A stretch of DNA of 64,000 bases, taken from the NCBI GenBank assembly GCA_050996975.1, contig JBPCRJ010000166.1, positions 3,390-67,389 on the forward strand, read 5' to 3'. The notes under the pieces were generated by a model. That model was not told the DNA's origin, did not search any database, and saw nothing but the letters and a program-made list of their open reading frames with translations. The DNA is from Solirubrobacteraceae bacterium. GTDB lineage: Bacteria > Actinomycetota > Thermoleophilia > Solirubrobacterales > Solirubrobacteraceae. The translations under genes were made by a program, and so were the position numbers. This document shows, one piece after another, positions 51,106 through 60,710 of the stretch (position 1 is its first letter; each line of letters starts with the position of its first letter).

Positions 51106-52710
51106 ATGATCCCGGGGGTGAGCTGGCGATCGACAAGAGCTGCGGCGAGGATCGAGCCGCGCAACCGTCAGGTGGCGATCATCGACCTCGGCTCCAACTC
51201 CTGGCGCCTGGTCGTCTTCACCTACGTTCCCGGCTCATGGTGGAAGCGCACCGACGAGCTGTACGAAACGGTCCGGATCGGCGCCGGCCTGGGAGCATCC
51301 GGGCGCCTCAGCGACGAGGCGATCGCGCGGGGGCTGGAGACGCTGACGGTATTCGAGCGCTTCTGTCTCGCCAACGGACTGGAGCGTGGTGACGTGCACG
51401 CGGTCGCCACCAGTGCGATCCGCGACGCCACCAATCGCGAGCAGTTCCTCCTCGGCGCGCGGACCGCGACTGGTCTGGAGATCACCGTCCTGTCCGCGCA
51501 GGACGAGGCGCGCTACGGCTACATCGCCGCCGTCAACAGCTCGACGCTGACCGACGGCATCGTGCTCGATATCGGTGGCGGGAGTATGCAGCTGATCGAG
51601 GTGACGGCGCGCCGGGCGGGGTCGATGGCGTCGTTTGCGCTGGGGGCGGTCCGGCTCACCGAGCAGTTCCTGGCCGCCGGAGGGCCGGCCAGGAAGAAGG
51701 ATCTGCAACGCGTTCGCGAGCATGTAGGCGAGACCCTTGGGGGCGGGAATTGGCTGTCGCGGACCGGTCCGCGCCTGGTGGGGCTGGGCGGGGCGGTGCG
51801 AAATCTTGCCGCGGCGGCACAGCACCTCGCCCGGTCCTCGCGCGCCGGCAACGCCCAGAGCGCAATCGACCTCGGAGTGCAGGGATTCATGATCACCGCC
51901 GCGGTGCTCCGGGAGCTCGTGCAGACGCTCGCGTCGCTCCCCTCCCACGAGCGGGGGAGCGTGCCCGGAATCAAGCCGGGACGGGGCGACATCATCCTCG
52001 CGGCCGCGCTCGTACTACAGACCGTGGTCGAGCTCGGCGGCTTTGACGGGATCGAGGTGACCGAGTTCGGACTGCGCGAGGGCGTGTTCATAGCCCGGAC
52101 GCTGCTCGCCGACGGTGAGCCGTTGCTGCCCGACGTCCGAGCGGCTGCGGTCGCCAACCTCGCGATTCAGTACGAGTCCAACATGACCCACGTCGAGCAC
52201 GTCGCGCTGCTTGCCCTCCAGATGTTCGACTCGCTCGTCGAGACGGGGCTGTTCGAGCCCGAGCGCGGGGAGCGCGAGCTGCTGTGGGCAGCCTCGATGC
52301 TCCACGACGTGGGAATGACGATCTCCTATGACGACCATCACAAGCACTCGCGCTACCTGATCGCCAGTGCCGAGCTGCCGGGTTTTGACCCTCGTGAGCG
52401 CGCGTTGATCGCGCAGATCAGCCGCTACCACCGCAAGGGCACGCCTAAGCTCGGCGAGGTGGCGGCGGTCGCTCGGAAGGGAGACGAGCAGTTGCTCGGA
52501 CGCGGCGCGGTGATCCTGCGCCTCGCCGAGCACCTCGAGCGCGGCCGCGACCAGGCCGTCTCCGAGGCCAGGCTGCGCACCAACGGAGACGGCGTCGACC
52601 TCCACCTGCAGGCCGCCGGAGATCTCACGCTGCCGCGCTGGAGCGTCGAGCGTTACGGCGACGGCGAGGTGTTCGAGCGAGTCTTCGGTCGCCGACTGGT
52701 GGTCGGCTGA
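51106..52710 (+). CDS. ppx: Ppx/GppA exopolyphosphatase with HD domain
   Basis: IDLGSNS, ATSAIRDA, DIGGGS, GLREG, LHDVG. Confidence 0.92.
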   Translation: MIPGVSWRSTRAAARIEPRNRQVAIIDLGSNSWRLVVFTYVPGSWWKRTDELYETVRIGAGLGASGRLSDEAIARGLETLTVFERFCLANGLERGDVHAVATSAIRDATNREQFLLGARTATGLEITVLSAQDEARYGYIAAVNSSTLTDGIVLDIGGGSMQLIEVTARRAGSMASFALGAVRLTEQFLAAGGPARKKDLQRVREHVGETLGGGNWLSRTGPRLVGLGGAVRNLAAAAQHLARSSRAGNAQSAIDLGVQGFMITAAVLRELVQTLASLPSHERGSVPGIKPGRGDIILAAALVLQTVVELGGFDGIEVTEFGLREGVFIARTLLADGEPLLPDVRAAAVANLAIQYESNMTHVEHVALLALQMFDSLVETGLFEPERGERELLWAASMLHDVGMTISYDDHHKHSRYLIASAELPGFDPRERALIAQISRYHRKGTPKLGEVAAVARKGDEQLLGRGAVILRLAEHLERGRDQAVSEARLRTNGDGVDLHLQAAGDLTLPRWSVERYGDGEVFERVFGRRLVVG

Positions 52711-52727
52711 ACGCTAGAGTTGCCGGC

Positions 52728-53165
52728 ATGATCTGGCTGCTGAGACACGGCGAGGCCGCCGACGGGCTGCCCGACCACGACCGCCCTTTGACCGAGCGCG
52801 GGATGCGCCAGGCGCACGCTGCGGGCGTCGCGCTCGCTCGGTTGCGCACGAACATCGACGTCTGCCTTTCGAGCCCGAAGCTTCGTGCCGTGCAAACGGC
52901 TAAGCGGGCGTGCGAGCCACTTGGGGTGCAGGTGACGATCGAGCCGACGCTATCCGGGGAGCCATTCGACGTGGATCAACTCACGGCGGCGCTCGGGGAC
53001 GTGCTGCTGGTGGGGCATGATCCTTCGCTGTCGCTCACGGTCCACGACCTCACCGGCGCGCACGCGAAGATGCGCAAGGGCGGACTGGCGGGGATCACGA
53101 AGGGAGAGCTGGTGGCGCTGCTGCGCCCCAAGGAACTCGCGGCGATTGCGAAGCCAGCTTCGTGA
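52728..53165 (+). CDS. sixA: SixA-like phosphohistidine phosphatase
   Basis: LLRHGEA, DRPLT, SSP.LRA.QT, VGHDP. Confidence 0.88.
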   Translation: MIWLLRHGEAADGLPDHDRPLTERGMRQAHAAGVALARLRTNIDVCLSSPKLRAVQTAKRACEPLGVQVTIEPTLSGEPFDVDQLTAALGDVLLVGHDPSLSLTVHDLTGAHAKMRKGGLAGITKGELVALLRPKELAAIAKPAS

Positions 53166-55468
53166 GCGCTCGCAAGCGCAAGCCCGGCGGCGCCCCGGCG
53201 TTTGCGGGGAGTGCCGGGCAAGACGCCGAACAGGCGGCGAGGGACGATCACGAGGCCTCAGACGTGACGACGGACGAGGGCGACGTGCTGAACGCAAGCG
53301 ATGCGCGGGACGCAAGCGACGTGCGGAACGCAAGCGACGCGAGCGACGTGCGGAACGCAAGCGATGCGAGCGACGTGCGGAACGCAAGCGATGCGCGGGA
53401 CGCGACGAAGCTGTCGCTATCCGACCCATCGCTGTACGCCAATCGCGAGCTTTCGTGGCTCGACTTCAACGACCGCGTGCTCCAACTTGCCGAGGACGAA
53501 GCGCTGCCGCTGATCGAGCGCCTGAAGTTCCTCGCGATCTTCGTCACTAACCTGGACGAGTTCTTCATGGTTCGCGTCGCCGGCGTCCACGACCAGATCG
53601 ATGCCCGGATCGATGCCCGCGGACCGGACGGCCTCTCGCCGGTCACGACGCTCGAAACCATCGCCAAAGTCGTCGGGAGGCAAGGGCGCCGCCATTCTCG
53701 CCAGTTCACCGAGGTCATCTGTCCGGCGCTCGCACAACGAGACATCCGGATCGTGAACTGCGAGCAGTCGGGAGCAGATCCCGACACCATCGAGCGCCAC
53801 TTCCGCGAGCAGATCTTCCCTGCCCTGACCCCGCTCGCCGTCGGTCCCGGACGCCCGTTCCCCTACATCTCCAATCTCTCTCTCAGCCTGATCGTCGGGC
53901 TCCGCGATCCGGACCTCGACCACGACGTCTTCGCGCGTGTCAAGGTCCCCAAGGAGGTTTTGCCACGCTTCGTCGAGATCTCCGCGAACACGTTCATCCC
54001 CCTGGAGAACGTGATCGCGCGCCACCTGGGAGCGTTGTTCCCCGGCATGGAGATCATCAGCTACGACCTGTTCCGCGTCACCCGCGACGCGGACTTCGAG
54101 GTCTCCGATGAGGCCGATGACCTGCTCCAGGCCGTCGAGGACGAATTGCGCCGCCGACGCTTTGGCGAGGTGGTGCGCCTGGAGGTGGGCGCGAGCATGG
54201 ATGCGGCACTGCGCACGCGCCTGATCGATTGGCTCGGCGTGGACGAGGTACAGGTGTACGACATCGACGGCCTGCTCGATCTGAGCGATCTATGGGAGAT
54301 CGCCGGAATCGACGGGCACCCGGAGCTGCGCCAGTCGTCCTGGACACCCCTCACCCATCCCGCGCTTCGACCTGGGCCGGGCGACAGCGACGAGCAGCCC
54401 GACGTGTTCGCGGCGATGCGGGCAGGCGAGGTGCTCGTGCATTACCCCTACCACTCGTTCTCGACCAGCGTCGAGCGATTCATCAAGCAGGCCGTTGAGG
54501 ATCCGAAGGTGCTCGCGATCAAGATGACCGTGTACCGGACATCGGACGACTCAGCCCTTGTCCCCTCGCTCATCCAGGCCGCTGAGAAGGGCAAGCAGGC
54601 GGTTTGCATGGTGGAGCTAAAGGCGCGTTTCGACGAGCGCGTGAACATTCACTGGTCGCGGGCGCTGGAGGAGGTGGGCGCCCACGTCGTCCACGGGATA
54701 CCCGGGCTCAAGACCCACGCAAAGGCAATTCTCGTGGTGCGCCGCGAACGCACCGGCGTACGTCATTACGTGATGATCGGAACTGGCAACTTCCACGCCA
54801 AGAACGCCCGGCTGTACGAGGACTTCGGACTGTTCACCACCGACCCCGAGATCGGCGAGGAGGTCGCGAACCTGTTCAACGCGCTGACCGGCTATGGCCA
54901 CCCCGAGCGTCAGCGAAAGGTGCTCGTAGCGCCCGGATCGTTGCGCGAGCCGCTGCTCGAGGAGATCGAGCGAACGGTTGCCGCCCACCAGGCGGGCGAG
55001 GACGCGCGGATCGCGCTGAAGATGAACTCGCTGGTCGACCAGCGGTGTATCGAGGCCCTCTACCGAGCTTCGCAGGCCGGGGTCCCGATCGACTTGAACG
55101 TGCGCGGTATCTGCTGCCTGAGGCCCGGAGTACCGGGGGTCAGCGAGACGATCAAGGTCGTCTCGGTGATCGGGCGATTCCTCGAACACTCGCGGATCTA
55201 CGCCTTTGATCGAGGCGGGGACCAGAGCTACTACATCGGCTCGGCCGATCTGATGCCGCGCAACCTCGACACCCGCGTCGAGCTGCTAGTGCCGATCGAG
55301 AACGAGGAGCTCCGAGCCGAGCTGCAGGACACGCTCGAGCGATGCCTCGCCGATGACACATTCGCGTGGACGCTCGGTCACGATGGACGATGGACGCGCC
55401 GGACCGACGGCAAGCGCGCGGTCCATCAAGAGCTGATGGACCGGACGCTCGCGCAGGTATCGGGCTGA
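53162..55468 (+). CDS. ppk1: Polyphosphate kinase 1
   Basis: NRELSWLDFN, LDEFFMVRV, ELKARFDE, KTHAK, GRFLEHSR, SADLMPRNL. Confidence 0.95.
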   Translation: MSARKRKPGGAPAFAGSAGQDAEQAARDDHEASDVTTDEGDVLNASDARDASDVRNASDASDVRNASDASDVRNASDARDATKLSLSDPSLYANRELSWLDFNDRVLQLAEDEALPLIERLKFLAIFVTNLDEFFMVRVAGVHDQIDARIDARGPDGLSPVTTLETIAKVVGRQGRRHSRQFTEVICPALAQRDIRIVNCEQSGADPDTIERHFREQIFPALTPLAVGPGRPFPYISNLSLSLIVGLRDPDLDHDVFARVKVPKEVLPRFVEISANTFIPLENVIARHLGALFPGMEIISYDLFRVTRDADFEVSDEADDLLQAVEDELRRRRFGEVVRLEVGASMDAALRTRLIDWLGVDEVQVYDIDGLLDLSDLWEIAGIDGHPELRQSSWTPLTHPALRPGPGDSDEQPDVFAAMRAGEVLVHYPYHSFSTSVERFIKQAVEDPKVLAIKMTVYRTSDDSALVPSLIQAAEKGKQAVCMVELKARFDERVNIHWSRALEEVGAHVVHGIPGLKTHAKAILVVRRERTGVRHYVMIGTGNFHAKNARLYEDFGLFTTDPEIGEEVANLFNALTGYGHPERQRKVLVAPGSLREPLLEEIERTVAAHQAGEDARIALKMNSLVDQRCIEALYRASQAGVPIDLNVRGICCLRPGVPGVSETIKVVSVIGRFLEHSRIYAFDRGGDQSYYIGSADLMPRNLDTRVELLVPIENEELRAELQDTLERCLADDTFAWTLGHDGRWTRRTDGKRAVHQELMDRTLAQVSG
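53280..53405. repeat. 27-bp coding repeat (DVRNASDAS), 4-5 copies at the ppk1 5' end
   Basis: Recurring gacgtgcggaacgcaagcga units. Confidence 0.9.
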
Positions 55469-55561
55469 TCCCGGTGGATCCCGGCGCGGTCTGCGGCCCG
55501 GACGTCGGAGCACCCGGGGCTACGCAGAGCTTCACGCCTATCGGCCGCCGAGTCCTTACGC

Positions 55562-56680
55562 CTATCGGCCGCCGGGCGCCGCGGGTCGAGCAGCCAGCTT
55601 CAGCTTGATGTCCTGTGTCTGCCCACGGCGCTTGACGGTGAGCGTGATGCTGTCTCCGGGGGAGTAGTCGTCGACCGTAGCGATGAATTGCTCGGTGTTG
55701 GCGATCGCTTTTCCGTTGATCGCTGTGATCAGATCGCCCGATTGCAGGCCGGCGGTCACCGCCGGGGAGCCCGGCGCAATCGGGGGCGTGCCCCGCTGGT
55801 CAGGCTTCGTCGAGATTCGCGCACCGCCGCTGCCGTTGGCCTCCAGACTGATACCGACGTAGGGATGCGTCACCTGGTGCCCGGCGATGATCTGCTTCGC
55901 AACCTTGGCCGCCGCGTTTGACGGCACCGCGAAGCCCACGCCGGCGCTCGAGCCCGATTGGGTCTGGATCTGGTCGTTGAGTCCCAGCACCTCACCCCGA
56001 GCATCGAGGAGCGGACCACCCGAGTTTCCAGGGTTGATCGCGGCATCGGTCTGAATCGCCCCCGGAATCGTGAAGGTGTTGGGCGCCTGGATGCCGCGGC
56101 CCACCGCACTCACGATGCCGGAGGTGGTGGTCTCAGGCAAGCTGAAGGGACTGCCGATCGCAACCACCGGATCGCCGACCTGGGCGGCGGAGGAATCGGC
56201 CAGCGGGATCGGATGAAGCTCGGACGACGGGACGTTCACGTGGATCACGCCCACGTCCGTGGACGGGTCGGTACCGAGGACGGCGGCCTTCGCCTTACGT
56301 CCGTCCTGGAAGTTGACCATCACGGAGCTAGCGTTCGCGACCACGTGCTGATCGGTGAGAATGTCGCCCTTGGCGTCGTACACGACCCCGGCTCCCTCCC
56401 CCTGAGCCTTCTGCGGCCCGAGCAGCCCGCCGCCACCGGTGGTGGTGACGATGATGTCGACCACGCCGGGACTGGCGTTGCGGTAGATCTGGTTGACGGT
56501 CAGGCCACGACTGGAGCTCAGCGAGGTAGGCAGCGCCGACTCGCGTGAAGGCGCGACTACCGTGGTGGTCGTGACCGAGTGGGTGCTCGAGCCGCCGCTC
56601 GCCACCACCAGCGCGATCGCCCCGCCGGCGACGGCGCCGCCGAGGATTGGGAGCACACGCTTGATGCTGAAGGGACTCAT
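55562..56680 (-). CDS. htrA: HtrA/DegP-family serine protease with PDZ domain
   Basis: LTDQHVV, TDVGVI, IQTDAAINPGNSGG, C-terminal PDZ. Confidence 0.92.
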   Translation of the reverse strand: MSPFSIKRVLPILGGAVAGGAIALVVASGGSSTHSVTTTTVVAPSRESALPTSLSSSRGLTVNQIYRNASPGVVDIIVTTTGGGGLLGPQKAQGEGAGVVYDAKGDILTDQHVVANASSVMVNFQDGRKAKAAVLGTDPSTDVGVIHVNVPSSELHPIPLADSSAAQVGDPVVAIGSPFSLPETTTSGIVSAVGRGIQAPNTFTIPGAIQTDAAINPGNSGGPLLDARGEVLGLNDQIQTQSGSSAGVGFAVPSNAAAKVAKQIIAGHQVTHPYVGISLEANGSGGARISTKPDQRGTPPIAPGSPAVTAGLQSGDLITAINGKAIANTEQFIATVDDYSPGDSITLTVKRRGQTQDIKLKLAARPAAPGGR

Positions 56681-56757
56681 GGTCGATTTCTCCTATAGGG
56701 ACGCCAAGTTCAGGTTGTGCCGGTATTTCGGCCGGTAAGTCAGTACAGCACTCGCCG

Positions 56758-56796
56758 ATCAGAGACCGTTCAGAGCGAGGTGAGAAGTGCGTAAGA
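56758..56796 (-). promoter_or_regulatory. Array of four MprA-type hexamers TCTTAC-N5-TCTCAC-N5-TCTGAA-N5-TCTGAT upstream of htrA
   Basis: Exact 11-bp period; resembles the TCTCAG direct-repeat MprA box. Confidence 0.65.
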
Positions 56797-56971
56797 GTGC
56801 CTCGGGAGCGCCTCTCCGGCCATCGAACTCTCTCAGTATGGCGGCCGACTGCGGCCGGTAGCCTGGCGGGCAGATGGGCGGGACCGGTTGGCCCTGATCA
56901 CGGGCGACTTCTGAGCGTGGCGTGACGCGCTGGGGAACGCCGGAGGCGCAGGCCTTCTCCGGCCGAAACGG

Positions 56972-57691
56972 TCAAAACTGAGACGCGTCCGCACGGCCGA
57001 GGTCTCGATAGCTGGCCAGCCCGATCCGGAGCGCGGCGATCTCCTCACGCACGAGCGGATCGGTCAGGGTCCTGAGCTCGGCCTCGCGCTCTTCCAGGTA
57101 GACCGAGCTGAAGCCCTGGCTGATGTAGCCGGGATGGCAGCTCACCTCGGTCCAGCCTTCTCCGACCTCGTTACGCAGGATCCAGATCAGGAACTCCGGG
57201 CTGACGTGGTGCAGGTCGGTGACCTGCCACTTCCATTGTCCATAGAAACCGCCGATGAACGTGACCGTGCCGTCCTCGCGCAGAGGAACGCCCAGGGGGG
57301 TCACGAGCTCCTGGGCGATCGGCGCGATCTCCGGGCGGCGGTGGATGTGATGGTGAGAGTCGACGTGCGTCGGCGGGCGGCCCATCATCTCGTGGAAAGC
57401 GTCGAGCTGGCGAGACAGTTCCGCGCGCACCGCCGCCGTGTCCTCGAGGTCGAGACCCGGCTCAGAATCCTCGCCATCGAGATCCCAGTGCAGTCCGAGC
57501 CCCAGTTCCGGATGCTCGCGGCCGAGCGCGACCGCCTCGGCCGCCGCCGCACCGGTAACCATCAGACTCGTGCTGGTGACGATCCCCCGTGCGTGCCCCT
57601 CGACGATGCCGCGGTTGATCCCTTCTGACGCCCCAAAGTCGTCGGCATTGACTATCAGCATGCGTTGATCCAGAGCGTCTGGAGCACTCAT
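56972..57691 (-). CDS. ChbG/HpnK (YdjC) family deacetylase
   Basis: IVNADDFG, GLGLH, HVDSHHH, CHPG. Confidence 0.9.
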   Translation of the reverse strand: MSAPDALDQRMLIVNADDFGASEGINRGIVEGHARGIVTSTSLMVTGAAAAEAVALGREHPELGLGLHWDLDGEDSEPGLDLEDTAAVRAELSRQLDAFHEMMGRPPTHVDSHHHIHRRPEIAPIAQELVTPLGVPLREDGTVTFIGGFYGQWKWQVTDLHHVSPEFLIWILRNEVGEGWTEVSCHPGYISQGFSSVYLEEREAELRTLTDPLVREEIAALRIGLASYRDLGRADASQF

Positions 57692-58689
57692 TCGACCCCC
57701 GGCCCCTCCGATTCAGTCAGAGCCCGATTAGGTGATAGGGGCGTAGGGGTGTCTTGAGCGTGTTCGCTGAACCGGTCCATCATCCATTCAACGTCCTCCG
57801 CGCTGTCGCTCTCGTCCGCGTCGGCAAGCCACCGGAACATCCAGTACAGGCGGGCGGCCTGGAGCGCCCGTTGGAAGTCATGTGGCGGCCCCTCAGGCCA
57901 GCGAGCAGCGACGTAGGCCGCCGCGGCCTGGTCAACCAGATCCTCATCCCAGTCGTCGGTCAGGCACGCGAGATCGATTTCGCCTGCCCCGATTGCCGCT
58001 TCCTCCCAGTCGATAAAGTAAGGACGCTCCTCGGCCCACACCACGTTGTGGGGTGTGAATTCGCCGTGGACGATTGTCTGCGGGGCCGACAACAGAACTT
58101 CAAATTCATGCTTGAAGCGAGCCATCATTTGATCGATTGAGGGCAAGCACTCCTGCCAGCGGGCCACGCGGGGCGCGCTCTCGCTCAGACACTGCTCGAA
58201 ATACTGCGCGTCGTAACGGTTTAGCAGCGACAGCGACCGCTGCTGCTCGGGAACGTCGCGGTGCAGTCTGCCGATCGCCTGCGCGGCGTCGACAATGGCC
58301 GTTTCTGGCCCAAGGTCGAGCCGCCAGCCGTCGCCCAGATACTGCAGGAACAACCACGTCTTGCCGGATTGAGGGTCCTCCCACGAGCCATAGAAGCGAG
58401 GCGTGGGGTCTTGCTCGGTGAGGACCTCGCGATAGACCGCAGCTTCGTACTGGAGTCCCCGAACCAGTCCCCACCTGTCTTGGTCCCGGCTGGGCCCTGT
58501 CTTGCAGAGGAGCGTGAGAGACTCGTCGCTCTCGAGCGTGCAGTGCACGACCTCGCTGGGGTGGCTGCTTTCAAAGGCGTTGTCTTCGCGTTGCACGGTG
58601 CGCACGGCGCACGCTAGCCCCGCGCGCGGTAGCGTCTCCCGAAGTGCGGCTAGTAGCGCGCGCGTGCTCGGATGCCGAGCGTCACCCAT
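57688..58689 (-). CDS. Aminoglycoside-phosphotransferase/choline-kinase-like protein
   Basis: IVHGEFTPHNV and FIDWE motifs. Confidence 0.8.
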   Translation of the reverse strand: MGDARHPSTRALLAALRETLPRAGLACAVRTVQREDNAFESSHPSEVVHCTLESDESLTLLCKTGPSRDQDRWGLVRGLQYEAAVYREVLTEQDPTPRFYGSWEDPQSGKTWLFLQYLGDGWRLDLGPETAIVDAAQAIGRLHRDVPEQQRSLSLLNRYDAQYFEQCLSESAPRVARWQECLPSIDQMMARFKHEFEVLLSAPQTIVHGEFTPHNVVWAEERPYFIDWEEAAIGAGEIDLACLTDDWDEDLVDQAAAAYVAARWPEGPPHDFQRALQAARLYWMFRWLADADESDSAEDVEWMMDRFSEHAQDTPTPLSPNRALTESEGPGVE

Positions 58690-59932
58690 CGCCCAGGCTT
58701 GGCGCGTGTTCGCTGTTAACCGCGGCCCTGGTCGAAGAGCTTCCTAATTCGCTCAGGAGGTCACCGAGCACGGTCTCGGCGCGGAGGTATTCGTGGGCGA
58801 TCTCCCGCGATGCACGAGTATGTCGCGGATAGTCGGAGCGAATGGCTTCAAAGGCGCCCACGGCGTCCTCGACCGTGGCAAAGGCGAACAGCCCCTCGCC
58901 CGTCGGGAGCACGCGCCCGAAGCCGGTGTCCTGAACGATCGCCGGACGCCCGGAAGCGAGATAGCACGCGGTGCGATCGCTGAACCACCCGCTGCGCAGG
59001 AGCGCATACTGCTCCTTCGCGACTGAGAACTCGCCGGCGGATGAGCGGATGAAGTCGCGGTAGGCATCCAGGTCCTTGGAGAGCGGTCCTGCAGGACGAA
59101 CCCGCCAGCCCGCGTCTCGCAACACGTCCAAAACGGAGCTGTCATCGCTCGCGAGCGCAAGCTCGATTGGGACTGCGGAGCGCGCGGCGACCGGTAGAAA
59201 GCGCATGAATTGAACATCCTTGCTCCAGGTCAGCTTTCGCCCTTTCCAGACGATGTCCTTGCTCGTCTGGCGCCAGTTGGCGATCGTCGTGAAAGCTCGA
59301 TCGCCGAGCTCTGCCGTCTCTGGCTCCGATATCCACCGATCAGAGTCGTCGGCCCACCAGTCGAGGACGACCGGCGGACGCGTGGGCCGGTAGGTGAATC
59401 GCTCTACAGGAACCTCGCAATCGGGAGCTCCGAAATTCTCGCCATAGGTGAAATGGTGAGTGTGAGCGGACAGAAAGTCGATCGTGAACTCCCGCCCCAG
59501 GGCCACCTCGATCTGCGGAAGAACGGGATCGGTCTCCAGATACAACCGGACCGGGACACTCAGATGTTCTTCCCGCAGGACCATCACGCCGCTCACGTTC
59601 ACGAGGAGGTCCGCCGTACTCAGCCACTGTTCGAGGCTGCACTCGGAGGCGCCGTGCAGACGGCCAGCGTCAGCGACGTCGCGATATGCCCAGCTCTCGT
59701 CGAGCCCGCACCTGCGCATCAGCGTCTGGACAAACTCGATCGCTGGTCCGGCGTCATCTGACACCGACTCGGCGACCGGATCGTAGGGCCAGCGCTCGGT
59801 GTCCTCGAGGTAGAAGACATCGTGCCCGAGACGCCGGAACCCCTCGAGATACTGCATGACTTGCCACGCGACACCGGCGAACGGCATCGCTCCCGCGCCA
59901 CCGGCGACCACAATTCTCAAGCAATCAGGCAC
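58682..59932 (-). CDS. Putative GT-B glycosyltransferase-like protein
   Basis: GFRRLGHDVFYLED, GWFSDRTACYLASGRP.I.QDTG; cluster context. Confidence 0.65.
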   Translation of the reverse strand: MPDCLRIVVAGGAGAMPFAGVAWQVMQYLEGFRRLGHDVFYLEDTERWPYDPVAESVSDDAGPAIEFVQTLMRRCGLDESWAYRDVADAGRLHGASECSLEQWLSTADLLVNVSGVMVLREEHLSVPVRLYLETDPVLPQIEVALGREFTIDFLSAHTHHFTYGENFGAPDCEVPVERFTYRPTRPPVVLDWWADDSDRWISEPETAELGDRAFTTIANWRQTSKDIVWKGRKLTWSKDVQFMRFLPVAARSAVPIELALASDDSSVLDVLRDAGWRVRPAGPLSKDLDAYRDFIRSSAGEFSVAKEQYALLRSGWFSDRTACYLASGRPAIVQDTGFGRVLPTGEGLFAFATVEDAVGAFEAIRSDYPRHTRASREIAHEYLRAETVLGDLLSELGSSSTRAAVNSEHAPSLGDG

Positions 59933-60710
59933 TGACCCTCCCCACGCTCACGGCCCGCTCGAGCCAGCCGTCTTCGGAGTGCGGGCCGCCGTCAGCGCTC
60001 GTCTCCACGCGCGCAAATCGCTCGAAGCCGAGAAACCGCTGCGCGAGGTCGGAGGGAAGGGCGGTAAAGGCGTGCGTGGGCCCTAGCTGGGTGCGATGAC
60101 ATTGCAGCGCACAGAGCTTGCGGTCGATGAACGGTCGGACGTCGACCGTCAGAGTCTCATCGTCCTCCACGCCGAAGTCCTCCGGGGAGAGATCCCAGAG
60201 ATCCTCCGGAAGGCTGCGTGCTCGGAGTTCCTGCACCAATTCAGGCATCAGAGACTGGGGCCACACCGATCTGTAGAAGAGCGCGGGTCGTGTCATTCGT
60301 GTCACCGCGCGGCTGGCGAAGTCGAAGGTCGCAATGTGGTCGGGGTGATAGTAGAGGCCGTCTTCGCCAAAGCTGACCACCGCATCTGGGCGCAGCGCCT
60401 CGAGAAGGTTCAGTAACTGGCGGACAATGGCGCTGGCGTTGGCCCACCGCAGGTTCCCGTCCTGGCGGCGATAGCAACGCACCCATTTCACTCCCAACTC
60501 GCGACACGCTGCCTCCAGCTCGTTCACCCGGACGGCGGCGAGGGTCGCACGCGTGGCGAGCGTCGGAGAGGAGATCGGACCCAGCTCACCGCGGGTCAAG
60601 CACACAACTGCGGTGTCGATTCCGGCGCACGCACAAGCTGCGAGCGTACCTCCGGCGATCAACACCTCGTCGTCTGGATGGGAAGTGACGACGACAAGGC
60701 CACCGCTCAC
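59925..60710 (-). CDS. PIG-L/LmbE family deacetylase
   Basis: SHPDDE, LTRGE.G, HPDH, HRTQ. Confidence 0.88.
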   Translation of the reverse strand: MSGGLVVVTSHPDDEVLIAGGTLAACACAGIDTAVVCLTRGELGPISSPTLATRATLAAVRVNELEAACRELGVKWVRCYRRQDGNLRWANASAIVRQLLNLLEALRPDAVVSFGEDGLYYHPDHIATFDFASRAVTRMTRPALFYRSVWPQSLMPELVQELRARSLPEDLWDLSPEDFGVEDDETLTVDVRPFIDRKLCALQCHRTQLGPTHAFTALPSDLAQRFLGFERFARVETSADGGPHSEDGWLERAVSVGRVSA

